Part shown: positions 10,644 through 20,266 of the stretch, piece after piece
How positions within the stretch are numbered: position 1 is the stretch's first letter
Layout: each line of letters starts with the position of its first letter
Source: Patescibacteria group bacterium
Lineage (GTDB): Bacteria; Patescibacteriota; Patescibacteriia; JAXHNJ01
Direction: 5' to 3'
NCBI GenBank assembly: GCA_041649715.1
Contig: JBAZMP010000001.1
Location: forward strand, 375,287-434,637
DNA: 59,351 bases
The notes under the pieces: generated by a model
Seen by the model: the letters and a program-made list of their open reading frames with translations, nothing else
Databases searched by the model: none
What the model was told of the DNA's origin: nothing
Made by a program: the position numbers and the translations under genes

Positions 10644-11978
10644 ATGGAAATTTGGTCGAAAATTCAGCCATCCTTAACCCGTCGTATTCTTTTGCCAGTT
10701 TTTACCGCCTTAAGCGGTTCATCTTATCTATCATATTTAAAAAGAACAAGAGAAGATCAATGGCTGAAAAGGGAAAAGATTCAGCAAAAGCAGATTAAAA
10801 ATATTAAAGATCTTTTGGTGCATGCCTATGAAACAACGGCTTATTATAGACAAGTATTTGATTATAACGATTTTTCTCCGTATAATTTTCACGATTATCG
10901 CGAGCTGAAAAAAATTCCCATTTTAAATAAAGATATAATTAGACAAAGATTTAAGGACTTAATCTCAAGAAAATATCCTATAAACAAGTTAAAAAAGATG
11001 GCGACGGGAGGATCAACCGGACAGCCACTTAATTTTTATACCACACCAGAGAGAGAACTGAGGCATGCTTCTACGACCGCTTTAAATTTAGAATGGGCCG
11101 GATTGAGATTAGGTGACCGTCTGGCGATGCTTTGGGGGGCGCCCTTTGATATTTCAAAGTCAAAAAGCATTAAAGGTCGAGTAGAAAACATTCTTCTTGG
11201 TCGACTTCTTTTGCCGACTTTTATACTTTCTGATGAAATATTCGCTAGATACCATAAATTGATAATAAGATTCCGACCTAAGAGTCTTTTGGGCTATACT
11301 TCTTGTTTGATTGAATTTGCGAAATATATCCAGGCCAATAATCTGATTGTTCCAGGCCTCTGCTCAGTCATTAGCGGAGCCGAAACTCTTTATCCCTGGC
11401 AGAGAGAATTATTGGAAAAAGTTTTTAAGTGCACAGTATTTGACCGATATGGCGGCCGTGACAGCGGGGCGATTGCGGCAGAATGTCCGGAGAATCATTC
11501 CCTTCATTTAAATGAAAATTTGCTGTACGCCGAAAATACAGTCGATGGTAATATTCTTATTACTGATCTTTGGAATTACGGGATGCCATTTATTAGATAT
11601 AATACCGAAGATTTGGGGGAAATCGGGAATCAAATATGCGCCTGCGGAAGGCAGTCAAGATTAATGTTGAATCTCAAGGGTCGAGTTCATGACATGCTTC
11701 TAACACCTGACGGAAGAAAAGTGCCCGGTGAGTTTTTCCCCCATTTATTTAAAGATGTGGGGTCAGTCAAGAAATTTCAAGTGGTTCAATATAGTCGAGA
11801 CAAACTATATATTCGGATTGTTAAAGATAAGAATATTTTTAATGATAGGGATATTGAATACCTGAAAACACACATTTCTGACTATTTTGGAAACGTAAGC
11901 TTGAATTTTGAATATGTTGATGAAATTCCAAAATCATCTTCTGGTAAACATCGTTTTACAATATTAAACATTAAGTAA
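10644..11978 (+). CDS. CapK/PaaK-like adenylate-forming enzyme (phenylacetate-CoA ligase / F390 synthetase family)
   Basis: ATGGSTGQPL P-loop, IRYNTEDLG and a C-terminal SSSGKHRF lysine motif. Confidence 0.8.
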   Translation: MEIWSKIQPSLTRRILLPVFTALSGSSYLSYLKRTREDQWLKREKIQQKQIKNIKDLLVHAYETTAYYRQVFDYNDFSPYNFHDYRELKKIPILNKDIIRQRFKDLISRKYPINKLKKMATGGSTGQPLNFYTTPERELRHASTTALNLEWAGLRLGDRLAMLWGAPFDISKSKSIKGRVENILLGRLLLPTFILSDEIFARYHKLIIRFRPKSLLGYTSCLIEFAKYIQANNLIVPGLCSVISGAETLYPWQRELLEKVFKCTVFDRYGGRDSGAIAAECPENHSLHLNENLLYAENTVDGNILITDLWNYGMPFIRYNTEDLGEIGNQICACGRQSRLMLNLKGRVHDMLLTPDGRKVPGEFFPHLFKDVGSVKKFQVVQYSRDKLYIRIVKDKNIFNDRDIEYLKTHISDYFGNVSLNFEYVDEIPKSSSGKHRFTILNIK

Positions 11979-11984
11979 TAAAAC

Positions 11985-13073
11985 ATGCATCAAGAAGTAT
12001 TAAAATACATTTGCTGTCCTGTCTGCAAGAAGGGTCTTTCATTAACAATCTTTCGCCAGGATAATGAAAATAATATTCGTGAAGGTTATTTGTCTTGCCA
12101 ATGCGGCGCTCTATACCCAGTTATACGCGGGGTACCCAGATTGTTCTCTCGTGAATTAATGAGAGAACTCATTTACTTGCCGTATCGCTGGTTTTTGGCA
12201 GAATATGACGATCGGCTTCCCGGACCATTTACTAAAGAATGGCATGATTTTATCAATAATAAGGCAAAAGGGAGGTCCTTAAAACTTTCGACTGCCTCCA
12301 GTTTTGGCTATGAATGGAAAAGATTCAGCCGGCTTTTTGAAGTTTACCGCCTGAATTTTCTTAATTATATCCAACCTTTTAAGGAGTCGGATTTGAAAAA
12401 TAAGGTTATTTTAGATGCTGGTTGCGGGGTTGGCCGTCATACTTACTGGGCCGCCAAATTTGGCGCCAAGCAGGTAATCGGTCTGGACTTAAGCGATGCC
12501 GTGGAACCGGCCGATGAGAACTGTCGTCATTTAAAAAACGTAAATATTATACAAGCAGATATTTATAACCTTCCTTTTGGAGAAATATTCGACTTTATCT
12601 TTTCCATCGGGGTACTCCATCATTTGCCGGATCCCGAAGCTGGCTTTCGTTCTCTTACCAGATTTCTAAAGCCAGCCGGGATTATTCTAATCTGGGTCTA
12701 CGGGCGTCTCAATAATAATGCGGCGGTATATTTTTATGAACCAATAAGAAAAATCACCCGTCATATTAACAAGAAGGCTTTAGTTGTCATATGCTATCCT
12801 TTCGCCGGTGCAGTCCATGGTTTTAACCGATTGGCCGATTTAATGTCAAAATTACCGTTGACAAAAAAAGTGGCCAGTTTTTTGCCCTTCCAGTATTACC
12901 GCCTTTTTCCCTTTGAGGTTAAGCTAAATGACGCCTTTGATGTTTTGGCCACGCCCAAAAGCCGCTATTATAAAATTGAAAAAATCAGGAACTGGTTTAA
13001 AAATGCCGGATTTTCCGAATCTAAATTGTCGTATTTGCGCAAAAAGAGTATTATCGCTTATTCAAAAAAGTAA
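11985..13073 (+). CDS. class I SAM methyltransferase with N-terminal Trm112-like zinc ribbon
   Basis: CPVCKKGL...CQCGALYPVIRGVPRLF (Trm112-like). VILDAGCGVGRHT is motif I. DFIFSIGVLHHLPDP is present. Confidence 0.85.
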   Translation: MHQEVLKYICCPVCKKGLSLTIFRQDNENNIREGYLSCQCGALYPVIRGVPRLFSRELMRELIYLPYRWFLAEYDDRLPGPFTKEWHDFINNKAKGRSLKLSTASSFGYEWKRFSRLFEVYRLNFLNYIQPFKESDLKNKVILDAGCGVGRHTYWAAKFGAKQVIGLDLSDAVEPADENCRHLKNVNIIQADIYNLPFGEIFDFIFSIGVLHHLPDPEAGFRSLTRFLKPAGIILIWVYGRLNNNAAVYFYEPIRKITRHINKKALVVICYPFAGAVHGFNRLADLMSKLPLTKKVASFLPFQYYRLFPFEVKLNDAFDVLATPKSRYYKIEKIRNWFKNAGFSESKLSYLRKKSIIAYSKK

Positions 13074-13074
13074 A

Positions 13075-14037
13075 ATGCGATTATCAAACCAAAAGAAAAA
13101 AATCAGTTTACTGGTTCCCCCAAGGACAGGCGGACCCCTAGGATGGGCTAAAAATTTAGTTTATCAAATAAATAAAGAGCAGACTTTTGAAGCCGAGATA
13201 GTTACTTCGCCGCTCAGAATCTTTTCTTCTCATTTTAAGTCGAAGGGAGACATAATTCACGCGGCGGTTCCTCTGGCCTGTAATTTTTCCAAGAAGCCGT
13301 ATATTTTAACCGTTAAAGGTGATTTTACCATTGAGAAAACTATATGGCGGTCTCTTTATTTTAGGGCGATAAAAAAAGCCGATATTATCACTGTTCCCAG
13401 CCAGTATTTAAAAGACCGAATTCCATGTCTTGAAAAAGCGGTTGTTATTCCCAATGCCGTAAACCTTGATAAATTCAAACAAGTCAATTTGAATAATAAT
13501 AAAGATTTCAATCTGCTGATAGTGTCAAATTTTTGTTTTGAAGACAAGACAAGGGGAGTTATAAATTTACTGAAAATTTTTGAACATTTGAATAAAGGGA
13601 TGACACAGCCAGGATTTAGAGTCACGGTACTAGGCGACGGGCCGTATAAAAATATTGCGGAAAAAAATGCGGCTGGCTTGAGCAATTCTGTTGATTTTGT
13701 CGGCTGGGCTGATCCGGTAGAATATTTTGATAAAGCCGATATATTTACCTACTATTCTTATCATGATAATATGCCTAATGCGGTCCTGGAAGCCATGGCT
13801 GCCGGTCTGCCCGTTATCTCAAATGTCGTTGGCGCCTTGCCGGAAATGATTGAGACTGGCGTAAGCGGGATTTTAGTGCAGAGTGACGAGGAATACAAAG
13901 ATCAGCTCAAGCAATTACTAATAAATTATGATTTAAGGAAAAGAGTCGGCCAAGGGGCCCGCGAGAAAATTGAAACCAAATTTAACTGGGAAAAAGTTGT
14001 TAAGGAATATATCGCTATATACCAAAAACTAATTTAA
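13075..14037 (+). CDS. GT4 glycosyltransferase
   Basis: Start moved to the ATG one nt after the upstream TAA (MRLSNQKKKISLLVPP). C-terminal NMPNAVLEAMAAGLPVISNVVGALPE...GVSGIL is the GT4 signature. Confidence 0.85.
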   Translation: MRLSNQKKKISLLVPPRTGGPLGWAKNLVYQINKEQTFEAEIVTSPLRIFSSHFKSKGDIIHAAVPLACNFSKKPYILTVKGDFTIEKTIWRSLYFRAIKKADIITVPSQYLKDRIPCLEKAVVIPNAVNLDKFKQVNLNNNKDFNLLIVSNFCFEDKTRGVINLLKIFEHLNKGMTQPGFRVTVLGDGPYKNIAEKNAAGLSNSVDFVGWADPVEYFDKADIFTYYSYHDNMPNAVLEAMAAGLPVISNVVGALPEMIETGVSGILVQSDEEYKDQLKQLLINYDLRKRVGQGAREKIETKFNWEKVVKEYIAIYQKLI

Positions 14038-14043
14038 TAAAAA

Positions 14044-15570
14044 ATGCTTGAAATATTAGAAAGAATCAGCCATCATAAAAAAGATATTCTTGTTATCGTT
14101 GTACTATCATTAACCGTATTATTGGCAATTCTTATTATTAATTATAAATTTACGGATTATCCCTTTGGTCCTGATGAATACGCATATCAGGGTGCATCCA
14201 GGAGGATGATAGAATTTGGCAACAAAGATTTGACGATATTTTATCCGAATGCCGCCTTGATTCTTCCATATTTTGTCGGAGTGCTAAGTGATATTGTCAA
14301 TCTCGATATTATGATTTTATATCGAATAATTCATATTATCGTGATTATCATTTCGATTGTTTCTTTTTATTTTCTTGGCAATTACATTAGTAAAAAAAAT
14401 GGCATACTGCTAGCCGTACTTGTTTCTTTGTTTCATACAACGACATTTTGGTTAGGTTTGGGCTATATGGTTCCCTCGACTTTGATTTTTGTTATTCTTC
14501 CATTTTTTTTACTCTCGCTTTTGAGATCAAATATTAAATTATTGATATTGTCGATATTATTTAGCGGATTTATTTATTGGTGGTCATTATTCCCCCTTGC
14601 CATTATGACTTTTATTTATTTTCTTTTGTTAAAAAAAAGATACTTTTTTCTGTTATTGGGAATAATTTTATCATATATACTGTATAAATATATACTTAAT
14701 TTTGACATTGCAGACCTATTGGGTGGCAGTGATTTGCCAGACTGGTATTTCTTAAGATTATGGAAAATATTGGCGTATTACGCCCCCTTTGTTATTTTAG
14801 CCTTCATTTTCGTAAAAAAAATGATCAATGAAAAGATAGTGAAGAAATATTTTTTGGTTTCTCTAGCTTTGGTGGGTACTAATTTATTAATTTTTATTTT
14901 TGTTTCGGAGCATACTCAAATGAGAACAGTAGTATTTCTTTTTGCGGGAATTTTTATGCTTTTTTCTCTTCTTTTTGAATCAATCAGCTTCAATAAAATG
15001 GCAGGAAAATTTTTGCCGTTAATTTTTATACTTTTTTTTATCCCCTTGGCAAGCGGCGTGGCCTTAAATTACAAAAATGATGTTTTTAGCAGCACGCCTT
15101 TATTGGCAGAAGAGTTGAATTTTTTTGAATATCATACAAAAGTAAGTTATCCAAAAGATTCATCAATCTTATCAGACAGTGCTACTATGCTAATCTCAAC
15201 ATTTAATCTGAACGACAGCACATATATTTTTTACGAACAGATAAAAAATAAAGAAGAAAATGGCTTAGGTTGGGCGGCCAATTTTTTTGCCCAGGAAGAG
15301 TTCGGGGAGAATGACTTTGTTTATTTAGACGGAATAATGGCGAAACTCAATGTCGATTCCTTGTATATCATTATTTCCCCAAGGACAAAATATTGGATTA
15401 ATGTCTGGGAAGACAGCGGAAAAAAATTTACCAGTCGCGCGGTTAGCTTTAATATTGAAAGAATCGCCCAGCCTTTTAGGGGCGAAGCAAAATTTGCCAG
15501 CAGTCCATTATTTAAACAGTATTATGTAAACCAATCGGTAAAAGTTTACCAATACTTCAGTTCACATTAG
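14044..15570 (+). CDS. large polytopic membrane protein with C-terminal soluble domain (candidate Wzy-like polymerase or GT-C enzyme)
   Basis: More than 10 hydrophobic helices over about 340 aa, then a hydrophilic tail. Markedly AT-rich. No motif recognised, so the assignment rests on context only. Confidence 0.6.
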   Translation: MLEILERISHHKKDILVIVVLSLTVLLAILIINYKFTDYPFGPDEYAYQGASRRMIEFGNKDLTIFYPNAALILPYFVGVLSDIVNLDIMILYRIIHIIVIIISIVSFYFLGNYISKKNGILLAVLVSLFHTTTFWLGLGYMVPSTLIFVILPFFLLSLLRSNIKLLILSILFSGFIYWWSLFPLAIMTFIYFLLLKKRYFFLLLGIILSYILYKYILNFDIADLLGGSDLPDWYFLRLWKILAYYAPFVILAFIFVKKMINEKIVKKYFLVSLALVGTNLLIFIFVSEHTQMRTVVFLFAGIFMLFSLLFESISFNKMAGKFLPLIFILFFIPLASGVALNYKNDVFSSTPLLAEELNFFEYHTKVSYPKDSSILSDSATMLISTFNLNDSTYIFYEQIKNKEENGLGWAANFFAQEEFGENDFVYLDGIMAKLNVDSLYIIISPRTKYWINVWEDSGKKFTSRAVSFNIERIAQPFRGEAKFASSPLFKQYYVNQSVKVYQYFSSH

Positions 15571-16702
15571 CGTAGTCTATCGCCTTAACAAACATTTCTG
15601 CTTGTTTTTGCGGACAGAATTCGTATTTGGCAATTTTTTGGCTTTCTTCACCCATTATTTTGGCCAATTTATCGTCAGAAACAATTTTTAATATAGCCCG
15701 GTACAATTCTTCGGGATCACCTTCTTTAACTTGAATTCCGTTTTTCATGTTTTTGATTAAGTCATATGAGCCGCCGACTGAAGTGGTGGATATAACGGGT
15801 TTGCCCATGGACATAGCTTCATTTAAAGTCATTCCCCATGATTCAACATTAATATTTGATTTTTTTACCTGCTGTCCTGGTAAGACAAATAAGTAACAGA
15901 GTTTGTAATAATAGTGAGTATCTTCAAACGGTATTTTATTCAAAAAATATACTTGGTTAACAGCCAGTTTTTTGGCTAGTTGATGACAATAATTCTCAAA
16001 GGGGCCATTTCCAACTATAAGCAGTTTAACATCATTTCTTTCTTCTAGTTTAGAAAAGGCGGTTATCAGGGCATCTAGATTTTTTATTCTTAAAATTCGT
16101 CCGAGATAAAGAATTATTCTTTTATTTTCTGGATTTGTTTCACTCCTTATTTTTTCAAATTTTTCCCAGGAGATCTCCCTATTGCTCAAATCTTGGGAAA
16201 TATTGGGGGCCACAAATATCTTATCTGGTTTAGCCCCCGCTTTCAGGTAAAATTCTTTAGACTTGCTGCCGGCGGCCACGCAGGCCCCGGATTTTTTCGC
16301 GATATATTTGATAAATGGATAGAGAATCTTACCCCAAAAAGTGTCCGGCATTTTCCATATTTCGCTAAAAACAAGATATTTCTTCTTCAGAACTCGGCTC
16401 ATGATAAAGGATATTTGTGCGGGGAAAGAAGCAATGTCAGAAGCGAGGATAGTCTGGTACTGCTTTCGCCTTTTTATTAATTCTGGTATTAAACCCGGAT
16501 TAATAGCACCCTTATAGCCAAGGAAGGGTGTTTTTTTAAGGATTTTGTAATCCCATCTCGCATACTCTCTAGGCGGATTTTTTTCTTTTTGGCCATGAGT
16601 AAATAAAAAAATTGTCCTAAATTTTTCGTCCAGGGTATTGAATAAGGGCAGGCGGTAGGGCCTTGCCTTGGCGTGAATTATTAGTAAACCAGGTTTTTCC
16701 AT
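15557..16702 (-). CDS. GT4 glycosyltransferase
   Basis: ESWGMTLNEAMSMGKPVISTTSVGGSYDLI...NGIQV is the GT4 C-terminal signature. The 3' end overlaps the convergent 14044..15570 gene by 14 nt. Confidence 0.85.
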   Translation of the reverse strand: MEKPGLLIIHAKARPYRLPLFNTLDEKFRTIFLFTHGQKEKNPPREYARWDYKILKKTPFLGYKGAINPGLIPELIKRRKQYQTILASDIASFPAQISFIMSRVLKKKYLVFSEIWKMPDTFWGKILYPFIKYIAKKSGACVAAGSKSKEFYLKAGAKPDKIFVAPNISQDLSNREISWEKFEKIRSETNPENKRIILYLGRILRIKNLDALITAFSKLEERNDVKLLIVGNGPFENYCHQLAKKLAVNQVYFLNKIPFEDTHYYYKLCYLFVLPGQQVKKSNINVESWGMTLNEAMSMGKPVISTTSVGGSYDLIKNMKNGIQVKEGDPEELYRAILKIVSDDKLAKIMGEESQKIAKYEFCPQKQAEMFVKAIDYANVN

Positions 16703-18037
16703 TTATTTAGAAACTATTTTATTAAATAGTTCAGCGAGCTTTTTTGTCAGGGCGTCTCTCCGATGACTGGATATAATATCGTCGGAAGGCCGCGCCATCA
16801 ATTCATTTTTCTGCCATTTCTCAACGATAACTCGTAGAACTGCCCGCATTTTTTCAAAATCAAGACGAGGACAAGTAAAGCCGATATTATTATTTTCAAT
16901 AAAATCCTTGACAATACCCTGGTTAACTAAAGCTAAAATTGGTCTTTTTGAGGCCATATATTCGAACATTTTACCGGGATATGAGTTCTGGGCGAAGCGG
17001 TCGTCCAGGATCAAAAGGAGTAGATCGGAGTTGAAATACTCTTTAAGGCTTTGTTTATGGGAAATAAAGCCGGAGTAGGGTATCGCATGGGGCTCATTCT
17101 CTCTTCTTAAAAGATTCGGGTCGGCAGAGCTGAAGACATTTACCCTGATTTTATCCTTTAATTCGGGTTTTTCAGCCCCAATATTCTCGATAGCTTGGAG
17201 CAAAACTTGAAAAGATTCAATGTGGGGGCGGTCTATTCCTCCGAAAAATGTTATATTGATATAATCTTTTTTTATATATTTTTGTTCCTGAAAATCTTCC
17301 AGATCGAAACCATTTCGTATAACAGTAAATTTTTTTTCATCTGAATAATTTGTGCGTCTGGACAGGTATTCTTTGCATGGCTCCGTCGCGCAGATAATTG
17401 CGTCAGCCTTGTTCACAACTTCTTTTTCCAATCTTAATTCCACTTGTTTTTCCCAAGGCCCCCATTTTTTCCCCGGAGTATCGGTCCAGACATCTCGAAA
17501 GTCTGTAACCCAGGGAAGACGGGCGTATTTTTTTAGCTTTTGGCCGATTTTATGGAGACTGTGCGGCGGGCAGGTGGTATAAATCAAATCTATCTGGTGT
17601 TCTTCTATTAATTTTTTGGCATATTTAACGGCTTGCCCGCGCCAAAAGATCTGCTGATCGGGTATAAAAAAAAGACGGGCCATTAAATATTCAAAAGTGG
17701 ATAACCGGCTAATTAGCCATTTGGTGAATGATTTTTTATTTTGAGGTGAGGGATCTATTTCTTTTTTTTGGCTCGCTTTCGATTTTTTGATAATAAACTT
17801 TTGGACTAGATAAGAACGGAATTTGGTGAAAGGAGAGGGGGGGGTGCGGATGATTATGGCTTCTGGGGGTATTTCTTTCGTAAGTTCATTGTCTTGAATA
17901 GATAGTTTTTGATCGACCGTAAGAACGACCGGCTGCCAGCCGAATTTCGGCAGGTATTTCACGAATTTTGCCGTCCTAATAACCGCCCCACCGCCAACCG
18001 GCGGAAAGAAATAAGTTATAATCAGAACTTTTCGCAT
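16703..18037 (-). CDS. GT4-like glycosyltransferase (GT-B)
   Basis: N-terminus MRKVLIITYFFPPVGGGAVIRTAKFVKYLPKFGW is typical of Glyco_trans_4-like N-domains. C-terminal block YPGKMFEYMASKRPILAL. Confidence 0.75.
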   Translation of the reverse strand: MRKVLIITYFFPPVGGGAVIRTAKFVKYLPKFGWQPVVLTVDQKLSIQDNELTKEIPPEAIIIRTPPSPFTKFRSYLVQKFIIKKSKASQKKEIDPSPQNKKSFTKWLISRLSTFEYLMARLFFIPDQQIFWRGQAVKYAKKLIEEHQIDLIYTTCPPHSLHKIGQKLKKYARLPWVTDFRDVWTDTPGKKWGPWEKQVELRLEKEVVNKADAIICATEPCKEYLSRRTNYSDEKKFTVIRNGFDLEDFQEQKYIKKDYINITFFGGIDRPHIESFQVLLQAIENIGAEKPELKDKIRVNVFSSADPNLLRRENEPHAIPYSGFISHKQSLKEYFNSDLLLLILDDRFAQNSYPGKMFEYMASKRPILALVNQGIVKDFIENNNIGFTCPRLDFEKMRAVLRVIVEKWQKNELMARPSDDIISSHRRDALTKKLAELFNKIVSK

Positions 18038-18043
18038 ATTTTG

Positions 18044-20194
18044 TCAGAGGGTAATTTCTATATTTTTCCTGATGCTTTCAAGAATTAGAAAGCTGATCCG
18101 CGTGGTATTGACCATATCCTCTAGGGGGATGGGCATTTCTTTTCCGTTTTTTATCGCTTCAGCGACCAGGCGCATTTCTTCTTTATGGCCTTTGTCTGGT
18201 GTTTTTGCCTTTATTTCATTTTTGCCGAAACCGTAAAATTTAAGTGATTCGTAATTATCCATGACTATGGATTTTTCGTTAATATGTACCTCCATTTTTT
18301 CCTTGGGTAAATCAGAAGCCGCTTCGGTGGTGTATATAAGAGTGCTGATGGCGCCGGAGGGATAGGTGAAAACGCAAATAACGTTGTCGTAGTCGATGAT
18401 ATTTTTGGAATGGGCGGATAATGATCGGGCGTAAACGGATTTTGGCTGTTCGCCGGCAAAATAGGAGAGAAGGTCGATAAAGTGACACCCCTCGCCGATT
18501 ATTCGGCCGCCGCCTTCTTCTGAATCGTTAACCCAGGCGTCTGCCGGCGCTTTGCCGCCGTTTACCCGGTAGGTAATAATCGGGGGAGTGCTTATATTCT
18601 CAATCTCTTTTTTAACTATCTGATGAAACGGAGCAAAGCGTCGGTTAAAACCTACCATCAGACGAGTTTTTGTCTTTTTGACAATTTCAACAATCTCGTT
18701 CAGTTCTTCCTGATTCATCGCTAGGGGTTTTTCCACAAATACGTTTTTGCCCGCCTTGGCGGCCTCAATCGTCATTGGGGCATGAGTATTATGGCGGGTA
18801 GTTATTACGACCAAATCAATATTCGGGTCGTTCAGCGCCTCCTTATAATCAGTCGTCGCTTTCTTTGCTTGCCACTTTTCGGCCGCCGATTTAATCTTGT
18901 CACCCGATAATCCGACTATCGTGTTTATATCAAAATCGCCCAGGGCAGTCATATTCGGCAGGTGCACGGCTTGGGCAAACCCACCGGCGCCAATTACCGC
19001 AACTTTTATTCTATCGCCCGGTTTTTCTGCCCGTGAGAAGGTGATGCTCCTGTCGATCTTATCTGGAATTTGTTCTGTGTATTTTAAGATAACCCCCAAT
19101 GGGCGTGAGCCGGCGGACATTAAATGTTCATATCCCTGAGGCGCTTCTTTTACGGGTAGTTTCTCGGAAATGATTTTAGATAGATTGATTTTTTTCTGGG
19201 CGATAAGATTGAGATAAGCTTCCATATTTCTTTTTTCCGTCCAGCGGACAAAACCAATCGGGTAATCCTGGCCTTTTTCTTCATAGTTCTTGTCATATCG
19301 GCCGGGTCCATAGGAAGTGGAAATAAAAAAGTGTCCTTCTTTTTCATAAAACGGTGAGCGGGGGAACGACATGCCGACGACGCCAACTAAAACGACTTTG
19401 CCCCTCTTTCTGATCATTTCCATCGCCTGCTTAAGAGGCTCGTTGCTTTGGGTAGCGGCGCAGATAATGACCGAATCGGCGCCCTGGGTATTTGTTATTT
19501 CTTCGATTACCTTCAAAGGATCTTCTTTACCAAGAATAACGCCTCGGTTTAACCCCATGGCCAGGGCTTTTTTTACTCTTTCTGCATCTGGGTCAAGGCC
19601 AATCGTAAAACAGCCAGCGGCTTTAAGAATCTGGACGGTGATCTGACCGATTAAACCCAGGCCGGAAACAACCACAAATTCACCGATTTGATTGTCGGCT
19701 CTTCTGACTCCTTGAAGAGCGATACTGCCGACTGTCGTGGTGGCGGCCTGTTCAAAATCAACTCCCTCTGGAACGCGGGCGACTAAGTTTTTAGGAACCA
19801 CGACATAATCGGCGTGATTGGCAATGTGGGCGCCGGCGCAAGCGACTTTATCGCCAACGGAGATCTCGGTTACCCCCTGACCGACTTCGACCACCACTCC
19901 GGCGGAGCTGTAACCCATCGGCGAAAGTTCTTTTGATTTTAACAATTTCTGAACATCCTGGATGGTCTTTATAACTCCGTTCTTTTTCATCATTGCCAGA
20001 ACTTTTTTAACCAAATCCGGATTCTTTGCCGCGGTTTTTGCCATTGACTGGGAAGCGGTTTTAACGCCGCTTGTTTCCGTGCCGCTGCTTATCAAAGAAG
20101 CGTAATTCTTAACTAATACTTTGCCTGGTTCACAGACCGGCGGGGGAACATCTAAAACTACGACCCCCCCTTTTTTGTTAAAAACTTGAAGCAT
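18044..20194 (-). CDS. two-domain oxidoreductase: MDR alcohol-dehydrogenase-like N-half fused to Gfo/Idh/MocA C-half
   Basis: The N-half has an MDR Rossmann motif (VVVSGLGLIGQITVQILKAAG). The C-half has IKVAVIGAGGFAQAVHLPN and FVEKPLAMNQEE, which are the Gfo/Idh/MocA hallmarks. Confidence 0.85.
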   Translation of the reverse strand: MLQVFNKKGGVVVLDVPPPVCEPGKVLVKNYASLISSGTETSGVKTASQSMAKTAAKNPDLVKKVLAMMKKNGVIKTIQDVQKLLKSKELSPMGYSSAGVVVEVGQGVTEISVGDKVACAGAHIANHADYVVVPKNLVARVPEGVDFEQAATTTVGSIALQGVRRADNQIGEFVVVSGLGLIGQITVQILKAAGCFTIGLDPDAERVKKALAMGLNRGVILGKEDPLKVIEEITNTQGADSVIICAATQSNEPLKQAMEMIRKRGKVVLVGVVGMSFPRSPFYEKEGHFFISTSYGPGRYDKNYEEKGQDYPIGFVRWTEKRNMEAYLNLIAQKKINLSKIISEKLPVKEAPQGYEHLMSAGSRPLGVILKYTEQIPDKIDRSITFSRAEKPGDRIKVAVIGAGGFAQAVHLPNMTALGDFDINTIVGLSGDKIKSAAEKWQAKKATTDYKEALNDPNIDLVVITTRHNTHAPMTIEAAKAGKNVFVEKPLAMNQEELNEIVEIVKKTKTRLMVGFNRRFAPFHQIVKKEIENISTPPIITYRVNGGKAPADAWVNDSEEGGGRIIGEGCHFIDLLSYFAGEQPKSVYARSLSAHSKNIIDYDNVICVFTYPSGAISTLIYTTEAASDLPKEKMEVHINEKSIVMDNYESLKFYGFGKNEIKAKTPDKGHKEEMRLVAEAIKNGKEMPIPLEDMVNTTRISFLILESIRKNIEITL

Positions 20195-20228
20195 AAATGT
20201 GACTGATTATTTTGTAAGATTAGTTATT

Positions 20229-20257
20229 ATTTTAACAGATATTTGCTAAATATTCAA
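20229..20257 (-). promoter_or_regulatory. sigma70-like promoter for the 20194..15557 minus-strand genes
   Basis: Minus strand reads TTGAAT-17 nt-TAAAAT, about 35 nt upstream of the ATG at 20194. Confidence 0.45.
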
Positions 20258-20266
20258 GTTTTCAGT

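Noticed and set aside
12928-13074. Upstream extension of the GT4 ORF overlapping the methyltransferase gene by 146 nt
   Set aside because: The extension merely reads the 3' end of the methyltransferase gene in another frame. An ATG at 13075 lies one nt after the upstream TAA and gives a normal GT4 N-terminus.
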